32,000 nucleotides of DNA from an uncultured Lentisphaeraceae bacterium (GCA_964579865.1 CAZOIS010000031.1:5535-37534); one strand, 5' to 3'; counted from the first letter of the stretch, positions 17,125-24,745 are shown. Numbers and translations are program-made. The notes: generated by a model not told the origin, from the sequence alone.

Positions 17125-17147
17125 ATTCCACCATTCCATCATTCCAA
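17125..17147. repeat. Right inverted repeat of the GGAAT element
   Basis: ATTCCACCATTCCATCATTCCAA is the reverse complement of TTGGAATGATGGAATGGTGGAAT. It lies 6 nt after the four-helix-bundle stop and about 20 nt before the next gene. Confidence 0.7.
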
Positions 17148-17168
17148 TTACTACGAAAGGAGTCCGAC

Positions 17169-17399
17169 ATGAGAATTCAAGTTCTGGGCACGGGGTGCCC
17201 GAAGTGCAAGACGCTGATGGCCAACGCGGAGTCGGCGGTCAAGGCTGCGGGGATTGAGGCGACGGTCGAGAAGGTCGACCAGATCGCGGACATCATGAAG
17301 ATGGGCGTGATGATCACGCCCGCCCTGGCGGTGGACGGGGTCGTCAAGAGCGCGGGCAAGGTGCTGAGCCCGGAAGAGATCAAGAAGTTCTTGGTGTAG
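17169..17399 (+). CDS. Small thioredoxin-fold protein (redox-active disulfide protein 2 / MTH895-like)
   Basis: 76 aa: MRIQVLGTGCPKCKTLMANAE...MKMGVMITPALAVDGVVKSAGKVLSPEEIKKFL. It has a CPKC active site and a cis-Pro TPAL. Shine-Dalgarno GAAAGGAG. Such proteins commonly partner PF03773 permeases. Confidence 0.85.
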   Translation: MRIQVLGTGCPKCKTLMANAESAVKAAGIEATVEKVDQIADIMKMGVMITPALAVDGVVKSAGKVLSPEEIKKFLV

Positions 17400-17465
17400 G
17401 AGTCTCTCGCCAAGGCGCAAAGATCGCCAAGTGTCTGGATTCATGGAAACGAAAGAGAGGTGGGG

Positions 17466-17843
17466 ATGCGCGAACAGAATGCGTGTGCGTGCGGGGCGGC
17501 CCCGAAACTGGTTTTCGCGTGCTCGGGCGCGGCGGACGTGGGGGCGGTGGCGGACCAGGCGGCGCGGAAGCTGACGCGGGACGGGGCGGGCAAGATGTTC
17601 TGCCTCGCGGGCATCGGCGGGCGCGTGTCGGGGATCATGGCCACGACAGCGGCGGCGTCGAAGATTCTGGCGATTGACGGTTGCCCGCTGAACTGCGTGA
17701 AACTGGGGCTGGAACAGGCGGGCTTCGCCGGGTTCGAGCACTTGCAGCTAGCCGACCTCGGCATGGAGAAGGGCAAGACGCCGGTGACGTCTGAAGCGGT
17801 CGAGAAGGCCGCTGCGGCGGGCGCGGCGAAACTGGCCTGTTAA
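17466..17843 (+). CDS. Putative zinc-binding protein, DGC domain
   Basis: 125 aa. It has conserved cysteines (CACG, FACSG, FCLAG) and the name-giving motif ILAIDGCPLNC. Confidence 0.75.
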   Translation: MREQNACACGAAPKLVFACSGAADVGAVADQAARKLTRDGAGKMFCLAGIGGRVSGIMATTAAASKILAIDGCPLNCVKLGLEQAGFAGFEHLQLADLGMEKGKTPVTSEAVEKAAAAGAAKLAC

Positions 17844-17861
17844 AGACCACGGGTTCGCGTA

Positions 17862-18446
17862 ATGGCGTTTAGCGGTCTTCTGGCGCAGGGGTGTTCCTGC
17901 GGGCATGTCGGATTTCGCGAGGTGTTGCCTGTGCTGGCGGCGCTCGCGGTGATCCTGGGGTATTCGTTTGCGGGCGACCTGTTCCGCAAGATAATGAAAA
18001 AGGCGGGCAAGATGAATGTGAAGAACATCGCGATTATCGGGGCAGTCGTCGTCGCGGCGGCGGCCATTGTGTTGCTGAAGCAAGGGAAGAAGGCGGAGCC
18101 GGCTGGGGCGGCGGCGCCGGCGGGCGTGGGGGATGCTCAATCCAAGGCGCTGCCGCGACTGGTGGATCTGGGCGCGGGGAAGTGCATCCCGTGCAAAGCG
18201 ATGAAGCCGATCCTTGACGAGCTCAAGACGACGTGCGCGGAGACCTTCAAGACGGAGTTCATCGACGTGTGGGAGAATCCGGAAGCCGGGAAGCAGTACG
18301 GGATCAACCTCATCCCCACGCAGATCTTCTACGGGGCCGACGGCAAGGAGCTGTTCCGCCACGAGGGGTTCTTCTCCAAGGAGGACATCCTCGGCAAATG
18401 GAAAGAGCTCGGGGTGGGGGTGGCTGAGAAAAACGTTCAACGCTGA
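17862..18446 (+). CDS. Membrane-anchored thioredoxin-family protein (TlpA/DsbE-like)
   Basis: The thioredoxin domain has active site GKCIPCK and cis-Pro LIPTQIFY, and is preceded by the TM helix NIAIIGAVVVAAAAIVLL. The longest ATG start (17862) adds a GCSCGH motif and a second hydrophobic segment, and that stretch is coding-like (G/C-rich third positions). Alternative starts are at 17994 and 18012. Confidence 0.75.
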   Translation: MAFSGLLAQGCSCGHVGFREVLPVLAALAVILGYSFAGDLFRKIMKKAGKMNVKNIAIIGAVVVAAAAIVLLKQGKKAEPAGAAAPAGVGDAQSKALPRLVDLGAGKCIPCKAMKPILDELKTTCAETFKTEFIDVWENPEAGKQYGINLIPTQIFYGADGKELFRHEGFFSKEDILGKWKELGVGVAEKNVQR

Positions 18447-18460
18447 AGGAAGGGGGACAG

Positions 18461-19162
18461 GTGATCAACGAACTGTTTTCCAGTCTGACGCGGGCGGTGG
18501 AGGGCACGCCCGCGGTCGCGATGGCGGCGGCGGTGGTGTGGGGGATTTTGAGCGTTGTGCTCAGCCCCTGCCACTTGGCGAGCATCCCGCTGATCGTGGG
18601 GTTCATCGACCAGCAGGGGCGGGTGAGCACCCGTCGGGCGTTCACGATCGCGCTGCTGTTCTCGCTGGGCATCCTGATCACCATCGGCGTGATCGGGGCG
18701 GTGACGGCGGCGGCGGGCCGGATGATGGGCGACGTGGGCCGCTGGGGCAATTATGGTGTGGCCGTGATTTTCTTCGCCGTGGGGCTTTACCTGCTCGGCG
18801 TGATCAATCTGCCGTTGCCGAACGCGGCGCAGCCGGGCATCAAGAGCAAGGGCCTGCTGGCGGCGTTCATTCTGGGGCTGGTCTTCGGCGTGGCGCTCGG
18901 TCCCTGCACTTTCGCGTACATGGCCCCGATGCTGGGCGTGACCTTCCGGCTGGCCTCGACCCATCTTGCCTACGGCATCCTGTTGCTGGTGCTCTACGGC
19001 GTGGGGCACTGCGGGGTGATCGTCCTGGCGGGGACGTTCACGGAGGTGGTTCAGCATTATCTGGACTGGAACGAGCGTTCCCAGGGCGCGCTGATCCTGA
19101 AGAAGGTCTGCGGCGCGCTGGTCCTGTTGGGCGGGCTGTGGCTGCTCTATACGGCGCAGTAA
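18461..19162 (+). CDS. ccdA: Cytochrome c biogenesis/thiol-disulfide electron transporter CcdA (DsbD family)
   Basis: 233 aa with a GTG start after AAGGAAGGGGGA. It has six hydrophobic helices and the two family cysteines, in SPCHLASIPLIVGF and LGPCTFAYMAPML. Confidence 0.85.
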   Translation: MINELFSSLTRAVEGTPAVAMAAAVVWGILSVVLSPCHLASIPLIVGFIDQQGRVSTRRAFTIALLFSLGILITIGVIGAVTAAAGRMMGDVGRWGNYGVAVIFFAVGLYLLGVINLPLPNAAQPGIKSKGLLAAFILGLVFGVALGPCTFAYMAPMLGVTFRLASTHLAYGILLLVLYGVGHCGVIVLAGTFTEVVQHYLDWNERSQGALILKKVCGALVLLGGLWLLYTAQ

Positions 19163-19175
19163 GGATTATGAATGA

Positions 19176-19806
19176 GTGTCACTCAGCCCTGATGCGTCGC
19201 TCGTCGCGCTCGAACGGTTGCAAAAACTACCCGACGGGCTGCTGCTGTATCGCCTCAAGAAACGCTGGCGCGACGGCACGGACGGCGTTGTCTTCGAACC
19301 GTTCGATTTCTTGGAGTGTCTGGCCGCGCTAGAGCCCGCGTCGCGCTTCAACATGATCCGCTACAGCGGCGTTCTCGCGCCTGCCGCGTCGTGGCGCGCC
19401 CGTCTCGCCCCCTGCGGTGAGGTAACGGAAGCCGAAACTCAAAACGAAACCGCCTCAGAACGTTCGGGACCCCCGCCAGACGCGCCCTATCCCCCGGACA
19501 TGCAGGCGATGCGGACATCGGCCTTGCCGACACTGCACCCGTTTCTGCGGGGACGCAGCCATCCACGGCCTCCTGTCCCGTACTGACATCATCAGGTCCG
19601 GCCGGTGGCGCGGATTGTCCCCAACCTGCCGTAATTATAAAACAACATTCCAGGCGGTATGACGGTACGACTGGGCTGAACTCTTGAAGCGATTGTTCTC
19701 TGTCGATGCGGTTCTCCGAGGTTTCTCCGTGCAGGCGCGTTCGCACCCACACGTCCAACAGCTTAACATTGTCGTCCTGAAAACGTCGCCATCCTACGTC
19801 TTCTGA
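19176..19806 (+). pseudogene. IS91-family (rolling-circle, Y2) transposase remnant, 5'-truncated and internally decayed
   Basis: The sequence LERLQKLPDGLLLYRLKKRWRDGTDGVVFEPFDFLECLAALEPASRFNMIRYSGVLAPAASWRARLAP matches the conserved C-terminal third of IS91-type transposases. A second fragment in another frame (YDWAELLKRLFSVD, about 19663-19705) matches the WAELL.RVF..D segment. No N-terminal zinc-finger or HUH part is present. The remnant begins 14 nt after the ccdA stop. Confidence 0.75.
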
Positions 19807-19955
19807 CACCCGCCGTCAACGCCAGGCGTCAAAAATCGGTCGCTGGACCGCCCCGTGCCTCTTCAGCCCCGTCCTTTACTTGACAGAAACCACGTTATCC
19901 GCCATTACCGTATCCTGACGCGTCCTCGAAAATTCAGCTTATACGTCGTATCCGC
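19709..19955. repeat. Direct repeat copy 1 (DR1), about 247 bp
   Basis: It aligns with 23359-23605 at a constant offset of 3650-3651 nt. By eye the copies are about three-quarters to four-fifths identical. Perfect blocks include GTTTCTCCGTGCAGG, ACAGCTTAACATT, AAAACGTCGCCATCCTACGTCTT, GTCAACGCC, TACTTGACA, TTACCGTAT and CAGCTTATACGTC. It overlaps the 3' end of the IS91 remnant. Confidence 0.85.
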
Positions 19956-19975
19956 CTCTATTTTTCCTCACAATC

Positions 19976-21007
19976 TCATTTCTTTGTCATATAAGCTTTT
20001 AGTCCAGAGCATTCCACCAAGCGACCAAGTGTCTTTGGCGTAAACACTTTCCCCTGCGTGGCAAAGAGTAATTTCTTCATGTCCTCCCGCCTGACACCAA
20101 ATCCCCGTCCGGCAATACAGGCGATGACCTCAAATTTCTGATCACCCTGCGGCATTCCATCTACACTCAACGAATGTAGATGCTGTATCCGTGTCACCTT
20201 GTCCCTGGCTGTACCGTCATCCTCGGTCAGCTTTGCCTCAATGACAATCTTTGGATTATACTCGCTGGGGATTATAAAGTCAGGTGCTTGATCGAAACCG
20301 GGAAAACGTTCCGCTCGCTTGGTCTTGCGAAAACTGACACCTGACTTGAGAAGGACCTCCTCGATCGCATTTTCTAAGCCATCGCCAATCCGCTCGCTGA
20401 CTGAATCTCGGTGCCCAGCGAACGGTCGCCCCAAAAAACGCTCATATAGCAACATTGCGTAAGGTGCGCCCATTGCCGCCATGTTACGTAGTGCCGCAAG
20501 CCCACCCATGGTATCCGCCTTGTGAAGCCGATGCAATTGATCGCTCGCGACAACTGGACACCCTTTCGTCAAGAGGTCGCACGCTGTGTCAACCAGCGCC
20601 TCTATACGTCTATGCATCTCTGGGGTTGGCTTAAGCGGTTCAAGAGGGTTAATACGGATCTTCCGATCCAGTGCCCTAGCAACCCCCTGGTTTAGCTCGG
20701 AACCGTACCGTTGTGAAGCAAGGTAAGCCCATTCTGGAGGCGTAAAACCCAGCATCGAACGGAGAACAATCAAAGCAATGGGCGTCTCTAGAACCGTTCT
20801 AAGCACTTCTGAACCCGCCAGAGTAGAAAAACCGCTTGTCGCTTTCTTGAGCGCCTCATATCCCGCCTCAAACAATGGGTAATCAATAAAACCCTCGCCT
20901 TTCGGCAGCACGAGAAACTCGGAAACAAGACTTGATACGACGGCTGAAACGAAAGGTTCCGGCGTCGCCTCGATTTCTGAGAAATTGACTTCAAAAGGAT
21001 ATTTCAT
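19976..21007 (-). CDS. Candidate type II restriction endonuclease (PD-ExK fold), uncharacterised family
   Basis: 343 aa from ATG 21007, overlapping the methylase stop by 17 nt. The C-terminal core LENAIEEVLLKSGVSFRK...FPGFDQAPDFIIPSEYNPKIVIEAKLTEDDGTARDKV fits E...PD...(E)xK. G+C is lower than in the flanks. Confidence 0.6.
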   Translation of the reverse strand: MKYPFEVNFSEIEATPEPFVSAVVSSLVSEFLVLPKGEGFIDYPLFEAGYEALKKATSGFSTLAGSEVLRTVLETPIALIVLRSMLGFTPPEWAYLASQRYGSELNQGVARALDRKIRINPLEPLKPTPEMHRRIEALVDTACDLLTKGCPVVASDQLHRLHKADTMGGLAALRNMAAMGAPYAMLLYERFLGRPFAGHRDSVSERIGDGLENAIEEVLLKSGVSFRKTKRAERFPGFDQAPDFIIPSEYNPKIVIEAKLTEDDGTARDKVTRIQHLHSLSVDGMPQGDQKFEVIACIAGRGFGVRREDMKKLLFATQGKVFTPKTLGRLVECSGLKAYMTKK

Positions 21008-23201
21008 CTTCAAGTTCCTCGCGCACACTCCATGCGCCTTCTGGTTTCCATTGTTGTCTGAGCCCCGCATCGTCAAAGGTCGCCCCAAGTTCCGTCAAAA
21101 CGGCATCCACCCCGCCGAAAGTCTTGAGCCATTTCTCGACCTTATCCAGCCGCTCACCAATGGGCAGTGCCGCGTCCCACTCTTTTCTCAGGAACCATAC
21201 TGCCAGCCGAATCAGATGGCCATAACAGACGCATCGAATGTCGCCCTGCGTGACGGTTAGACCACCCGCTGACAAATCCTCAACATCCCTCTGCAAGATA
21301 CCCGCCACCCCCGGCGCATTTTCCACAATCCATCTGCGCGGCACGTGGCCAGTCGAACGACACACGAAAACGGTGTCTACGATCGAGGACTCTGTGCCGT
21401 TGATATGGATGGACGCGCCCATTTCCGCCGGACACGGCAGCGATGCTGAGCAGACCAGTTTGGAGTCGAGCATGGCAACAGCTAGAGGAACATAAGCGTC
21501 AAGTTGGTTGTGGTGATACGTGAAGGCCAGCGGTCGCCCAGACTCTAACCGCTGCGCCGCCAAACACAGTGTTCTTGACATGCCTTCGGCGAAATGATCA
21601 AGCCCGCGCCCCATATTGGCATTGCCAGTCAATTCGTTCTGGTGGCGAGTACTCGGTTTCCTAAATTCGGGAATTGAACCGCTCAACAGTTTGCGCAGCC
21701 AGACATAGCAGAAGTCCATGAGTTCAGCATACTGGACGTTGCCGAAATAAGGTGGGTCTGTGAACACGGCATCGAAGCGATCCCCTCTGAGCGCAAGGGC
21801 GGAGGAGTCATCACAAAGAAGCCGGATGTTTCGAATATCAGTGCCTCTTTGTGTGTCGCGCCGGGGGCCAATCCATTCCCCGGCAATTGGGACTTCGGTT
21901 TTACGCGAGCCTTCGTGACGGATCTCGAACGGACGCACGCAGTAGCGTTTCGCTTTGGCGAACTTCTCTACGATGTTCAGCCAACCGCCGCTGCCAACAG
22001 GAACCCCGCGCGTACCTGCGATGCCGAAGAGATTCGACTCGCACTGAATCAGTCCAACCGGGAAGCCGTGTACCGAGAAGACGTCGAGAGACTTAAGCGC
22101 CATCGTGTCGTAGCGGCAGAGCATATTCTGATAACGCAGTAGGTCGGATAGATTCGTTGCGAGCGCCTCACGGATGCGCTGATCTTCAATCTGATCAATC
22201 CAGCGGCAACTCAGCTCTAAACCAAGCAACTGGCGGGCGTTGAATAAGTCGCGATAGTGATGATACCCCCACCGGTGCAGCCTCTCCGTCTCGTCACCAG
22301 TTGGAATTGCATCATCGGGAATAAACGTCGGTTGCAGCGCCGCTAACCGCGCAGTTGCCTCTTCGAACCGCGCCAAGTCGTCGGCATCGGGTTTCTTGAA
22401 AAGCCGGCCTTTTTGTGAAGTCTCCATTTTCGCGCAATTATTGCACGAGCACTCCATCGCAAACAGTCGGTGAGTCGGAGTCGACTCGCTCGGATAGAGT
22501 ACCGGCTTGTCGCAGTAGCTGCAAGTTGCCTTGTTGCGTGCTGCGGTATGATGCAGCGGCAAGGTTTTCCCGCAAATGGGGCAGGCACCCGGATTCTTTC
22601 GGTCTTCCGCCTCAAACAGCTCGCCGCAATGTCCGCATACAAAAACATTGGCGGGGTGACGCACATTCTCCGAGATCAGAAAATTGGGAAACAAATCGGT
22701 GTCTCGGCCACATGCACCGCACTTTGCTGTCTTGACCCAAAGGAAGTATTTTACATGTGCGTCGAGACTGCCACAACGTACACACCTCGTACGATAAAGA
22801 TGACCAATCTCCCTTTCTAAGTGCGACCTTAACTGATCAGCCGCCTTCAGATAAGCGTCAACATCGAGGTTCTGTAATTCCTGACGGACGATCCACCATG
22901 CCATCGGGTTGATATCAGTTCCTGTCACGGAACACCCGACACGGTTCGCCTCCATCATCGTCGTGCCACCACCCATAAACGGGTCGAAAACCCGGACACC
23001 TGGCAGGTCGTTTGCCTGATAGAATGTCTCAAAAACTGGTTTGTCGGTGAACTCGGACAGGATTAATGAACGAAAAAGAGTGCCCGGCCGCCGCGCAAAC
23101 CATTTATGAACGGCAATGAGCGGACGATAGTTTTGTTGGATCTGCTTCTCACGCAAAGCAAGAGAGGCCACAAAGGGCACATTGAAATGGCGTTCTATCA
23201 T
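20991..23201 (-). CDS. DNA methyltransferase, COG1743/DUF1156 type with zinc ribbons (N6-adenine or N4-cytosine)
   Basis: 736 aa from ATG 23201. The DUF1156 N-terminus is FVASLALREKQIQQNYRPLIAVHKWFARRPG. The AdoMet motif I is VFDPFMGGGTTMMEANRVG. Three CxxC...CxxC ribbons are present (CVRCG..CGACG, CGHCG..CPICG, CSYC..CNNC). The catalytic motif IV is DAVFTDPPYFGNVQY. The ORF-track extension 23202-23459 reads through DR2 and was rejected. Confidence 0.8.
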   Translation of the reverse strand: MIERHFNVPFVASLALREKQIQQNYRPLIAVHKWFARRPGTLFRSLILSEFTDKPVFETFYQANDLPGVRVFDPFMGGGTTMMEANRVGCSVTGTDINPMAWWIVRQELQNLDVDAYLKAADQLRSHLEREIGHLYRTRCVRCGSLDAHVKYFLWVKTAKCGACGRDTDLFPNFLISENVRHPANVFVCGHCGELFEAEDRKNPGACPICGKTLPLHHTAARNKATCSYCDKPVLYPSESTPTHRLFAMECSCNNCAKMETSQKGRLFKKPDADDLARFEEATARLAALQPTFIPDDAIPTGDETERLHRWGYHHYRDLFNARQLLGLELSCRWIDQIEDQRIREALATNLSDLLRYQNMLCRYDTMALKSLDVFSVHGFPVGLIQCESNLFGIAGTRGVPVGSGGWLNIVEKFAKAKRYCVRPFEIRHEGSRKTEVPIAGEWIGPRRDTQRGTDIRNIRLLCDDSSALALRGDRFDAVFTDPPYFGNVQYAELMDFCYVWLRKLLSGSIPEFRKPSTRHQNELTGNANMGRGLDHFAEGMSRTLCLAAQRLESGRPLAFTYHHNQLDAYVPLAVAMLDSKLVCSASLPCPAEMGASIHINGTESSIVDTVFVCRSTGHVPRRWIVENAPGVAGILQRDVEDLSAGGLTVTQGDIRCVCYGHLIRLAVWFLRKEWDAALPIGERLDKVEKWLKTFGGVDAVLTELGATFDDAGLRQQWKPEGAWSVREELEDEISF

Positions 23202-23358
23202 TCTATCTATCCTAAATATTCCTAGTATTCCCGTTTTCTTTTCTCGCGCAGGACGTCGTCGGCGCGCTTGATGCGGTCGCGCAGACGGATCGCCTCGGAG
23301 TCTGGCGCGGCCACGGGCTGGTCCCTGTCGCGCATGACGGTCCGCCCCGCGTACACAT

Positions 23359-23605
23359 CCGTTTCTCCTTAGTTTCTCCGTGCAGGTGTATACGAGCCAA
23401 CACGTCCGACAGCTTAACATTACCGTTCTAAAACGTCGCCATCCTACGTCTTTTAACACGCGTCGTCAACGCCGGGAGTCAAAAAATCGATCGCCGGACC
23501 GCCTCGCGCACCTTCAGCACCATCCTCTACTTGACATAGGCCCTGTTTTTCGCGCTTACCGTATTCCGCCCAGGCCGGAAAATGCAGCTTATACGTCCTA
23601 TCCGC
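23359..23605. repeat. Direct repeat copy 2 (DR2), about 247 bp
   Basis: See DR1. It has the same orientation and lies upstream of the methylase start, so DR1 and DR2 bracket the R-M pair. Confidence 0.85.
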
Positions 23606-23812
23606 TGCCTTCCTGTCCGCTCTTTTATCTGGTTGTTGTCAGGTGCAACTTGGCTTAGTAGCCCATGGTTTTCTCGGAGTTCGCAATCGTTCGGGACACC
23701 CTTGCGAAGCAGGTTGCCTCAGATGGTCTTTGAAGCAGGGCGCGTATATCCTGCTGAAGAGGTCGTGGTACTTAGGCGGACGGCGGATGTCATCCTTTGC
23801 CGATTCGCGCGT

Positions 23813-23841
23813 TTGACATCGGCGTCAACACGTGATAACTT
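23813..23841 (+). promoter_or_regulatory. Candidate sigma70-type promoter for the methyltransferase / arsR-hgcAB string
   Basis: TTGACA (23813-23818), a 17-nt spacer, then TAACTT (23836-23841). It lies about 45 nt upstream of ATG 23885. Confidence 0.3.
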
Positions 23842-23884
23842 CGTCACATAACGAAATGTAATCGTTTGGACGGAGTTTGAGAAA

Positions 23885-24745
23885 ATGATCGGTTGCTCTC
23901 AGAAATGTGATGATCATACCCGGTTTCTGATGACGGTTCACGCGCAGCATCCCGGCCTGACGGAGCGTAGCATCGGGGCGGCGCGAACGGACGACGGATT
24001 GACCAGCTATGAGGTGTTCTGCCGCTTCGTCGATCCGCAGCCGGGAATGACGGTTGTGGATCTTGCCTGCGGCAACGGTCCCCTGTGCGGGACGCTTGCG
24101 GAACGGGTCGGACCGAACGGAAGGGTCATCGGCGTGGATCTGAGCAGGGATGAGCTCCGGCTGGCTGGCGAGCGTTTGCGTTCTTATCCGAATGTTCGCT
24201 TGTTGAATGAGGCGGCGTCGACACTCTCGCTTCCTGACGCGGCGGCGGATCTCGTGGTTTGCCATATGGCGTTTATGCTCTTCACGCCGCTGGTGCCGAC
24301 GGTGACCGAGATCGGACGCATTCTGAAAAGCGGCGGGACTTTTGCCGCTGTGATCCCCACGCTTCGGAAGCCGACGGATCTGTTCCGCGACTGCGCGGGC
24401 GTTCTGCGTGCCGCCCTGCAGGAGGAGTGTCATGAGCTGGGAGCGCTCAGCGGCAACGTGGTCAGGATGAGCAGCATCGGTGATCTTCAGGCGGTCTTTT
24501 CTGATGGCGACTGGGAGTGCGATGGCATCTCAACCGGCGATATTGACGTGTCGATTGTTGCCAGGCCGGATGCGCTCGCGAGGCAAATATCGCCCGCATT
24601 CTATCACTACCAATTGCTTTCGTACGACGCGCAAGGGCGCGTCGTTTCGCAGTGGGACACTCTTTTCACGGAGCATATTGATAGGTCTGGAATGTGTTCA
24701 TTTCATTTTCCGCTTTCGGCCTTTAGCGTCAGAAAGCGCGACTAA
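23885..24745 (+). CDS. Class I SAM-dependent methyltransferase
   Basis: 286 aa. Motif I is VVDLACGNGPLCGTLAERVGPNGRVIGVDLS, and the post-I/II segments are DLVVCHMAFMLF and ILKSGGTFAAVIP. Shine-Dalgarno GGAG. The substrate cannot be inferred. Confidence 0.75.
   Translation: MIGCSQKCDDHTRFLMTVHAQHPGLTERSIGAARTDDGLTSYEVFCRFVDPQPGMTVVDLACGNGPLCGTLAERVGPNGRVIGVDLSRDELRLAGERLRSYPNVRLLNEAASTLSLPDAAADLVVCHMAFMLFTPLVPTVTEIGRILKSGGTFAAVIPTLRKPTDLFRDCAGVLRAALQEECHELGALSGNVVRMSSIGDLQAVFSDGDWECDGISTGDIDVSIVARPDALARQISPAFYHYQLLSYDAQGRVVSQWDTLFTEHIDRSGMCSFHFPLSAFSVRKRD

Larger units (their letters stand above)
19176..23605. mobile_element. Mosaic insertion: IS91 remnant plus DR-bracketed R-M cassette
   Basis: A transposase remnant, two diverged direct repeats, and a G+C drop over 19956-23240 (by eye, about half G+C versus about two-thirds in the flanks). 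The cargo is on the opposite strand, between two co-directional metalloid modules. Confidence 0.55.

Noticed and set aside
15224-17147. GGAAT repeats as a CRISPR array
   Set aside because: The units are only 8 nt, directly abutting without spacers, and arranged as inverted arms. No cas genes are present. They are interpreted as hairpin/IVS-like elements instead.
19176-19806. Intact, active IS91 element
   Set aside because: Only about the C-terminal third of the transposase is recognisable. It is split across frames with intervening non-homologous sequence, and the N-terminal catalytic region is absent.
19879-19884. TTGACA boxes inside DR1 (19879) and DR2 (23530) as promoters
   Set aside because: The hexamer is conserved in both copies, but no acceptable -10 element lies at 16-19 nt spacing in either copy, and no + strand gene follows.
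23202-23459. N-terminal extension of the methylase ORF (track start 23459)
   Set aside because: The extension reads through GC-rich spacer and DR2, and its beginning (MLKDVGWRRF) is just the translated repeat, also seen at 19809 in DR1. The DUF1156 domain begins right after ATG 23201.
23885-24745. Calling the SAM methyltransferase ArsM (arsenite methyltransferase)
   Set aside because: Only the generic class I AdoMet motifs are visible. I could not recognise the conserved ArsM cysteine arrangement, so the position next to arsR-hgcAB is suggestive but insufficient.
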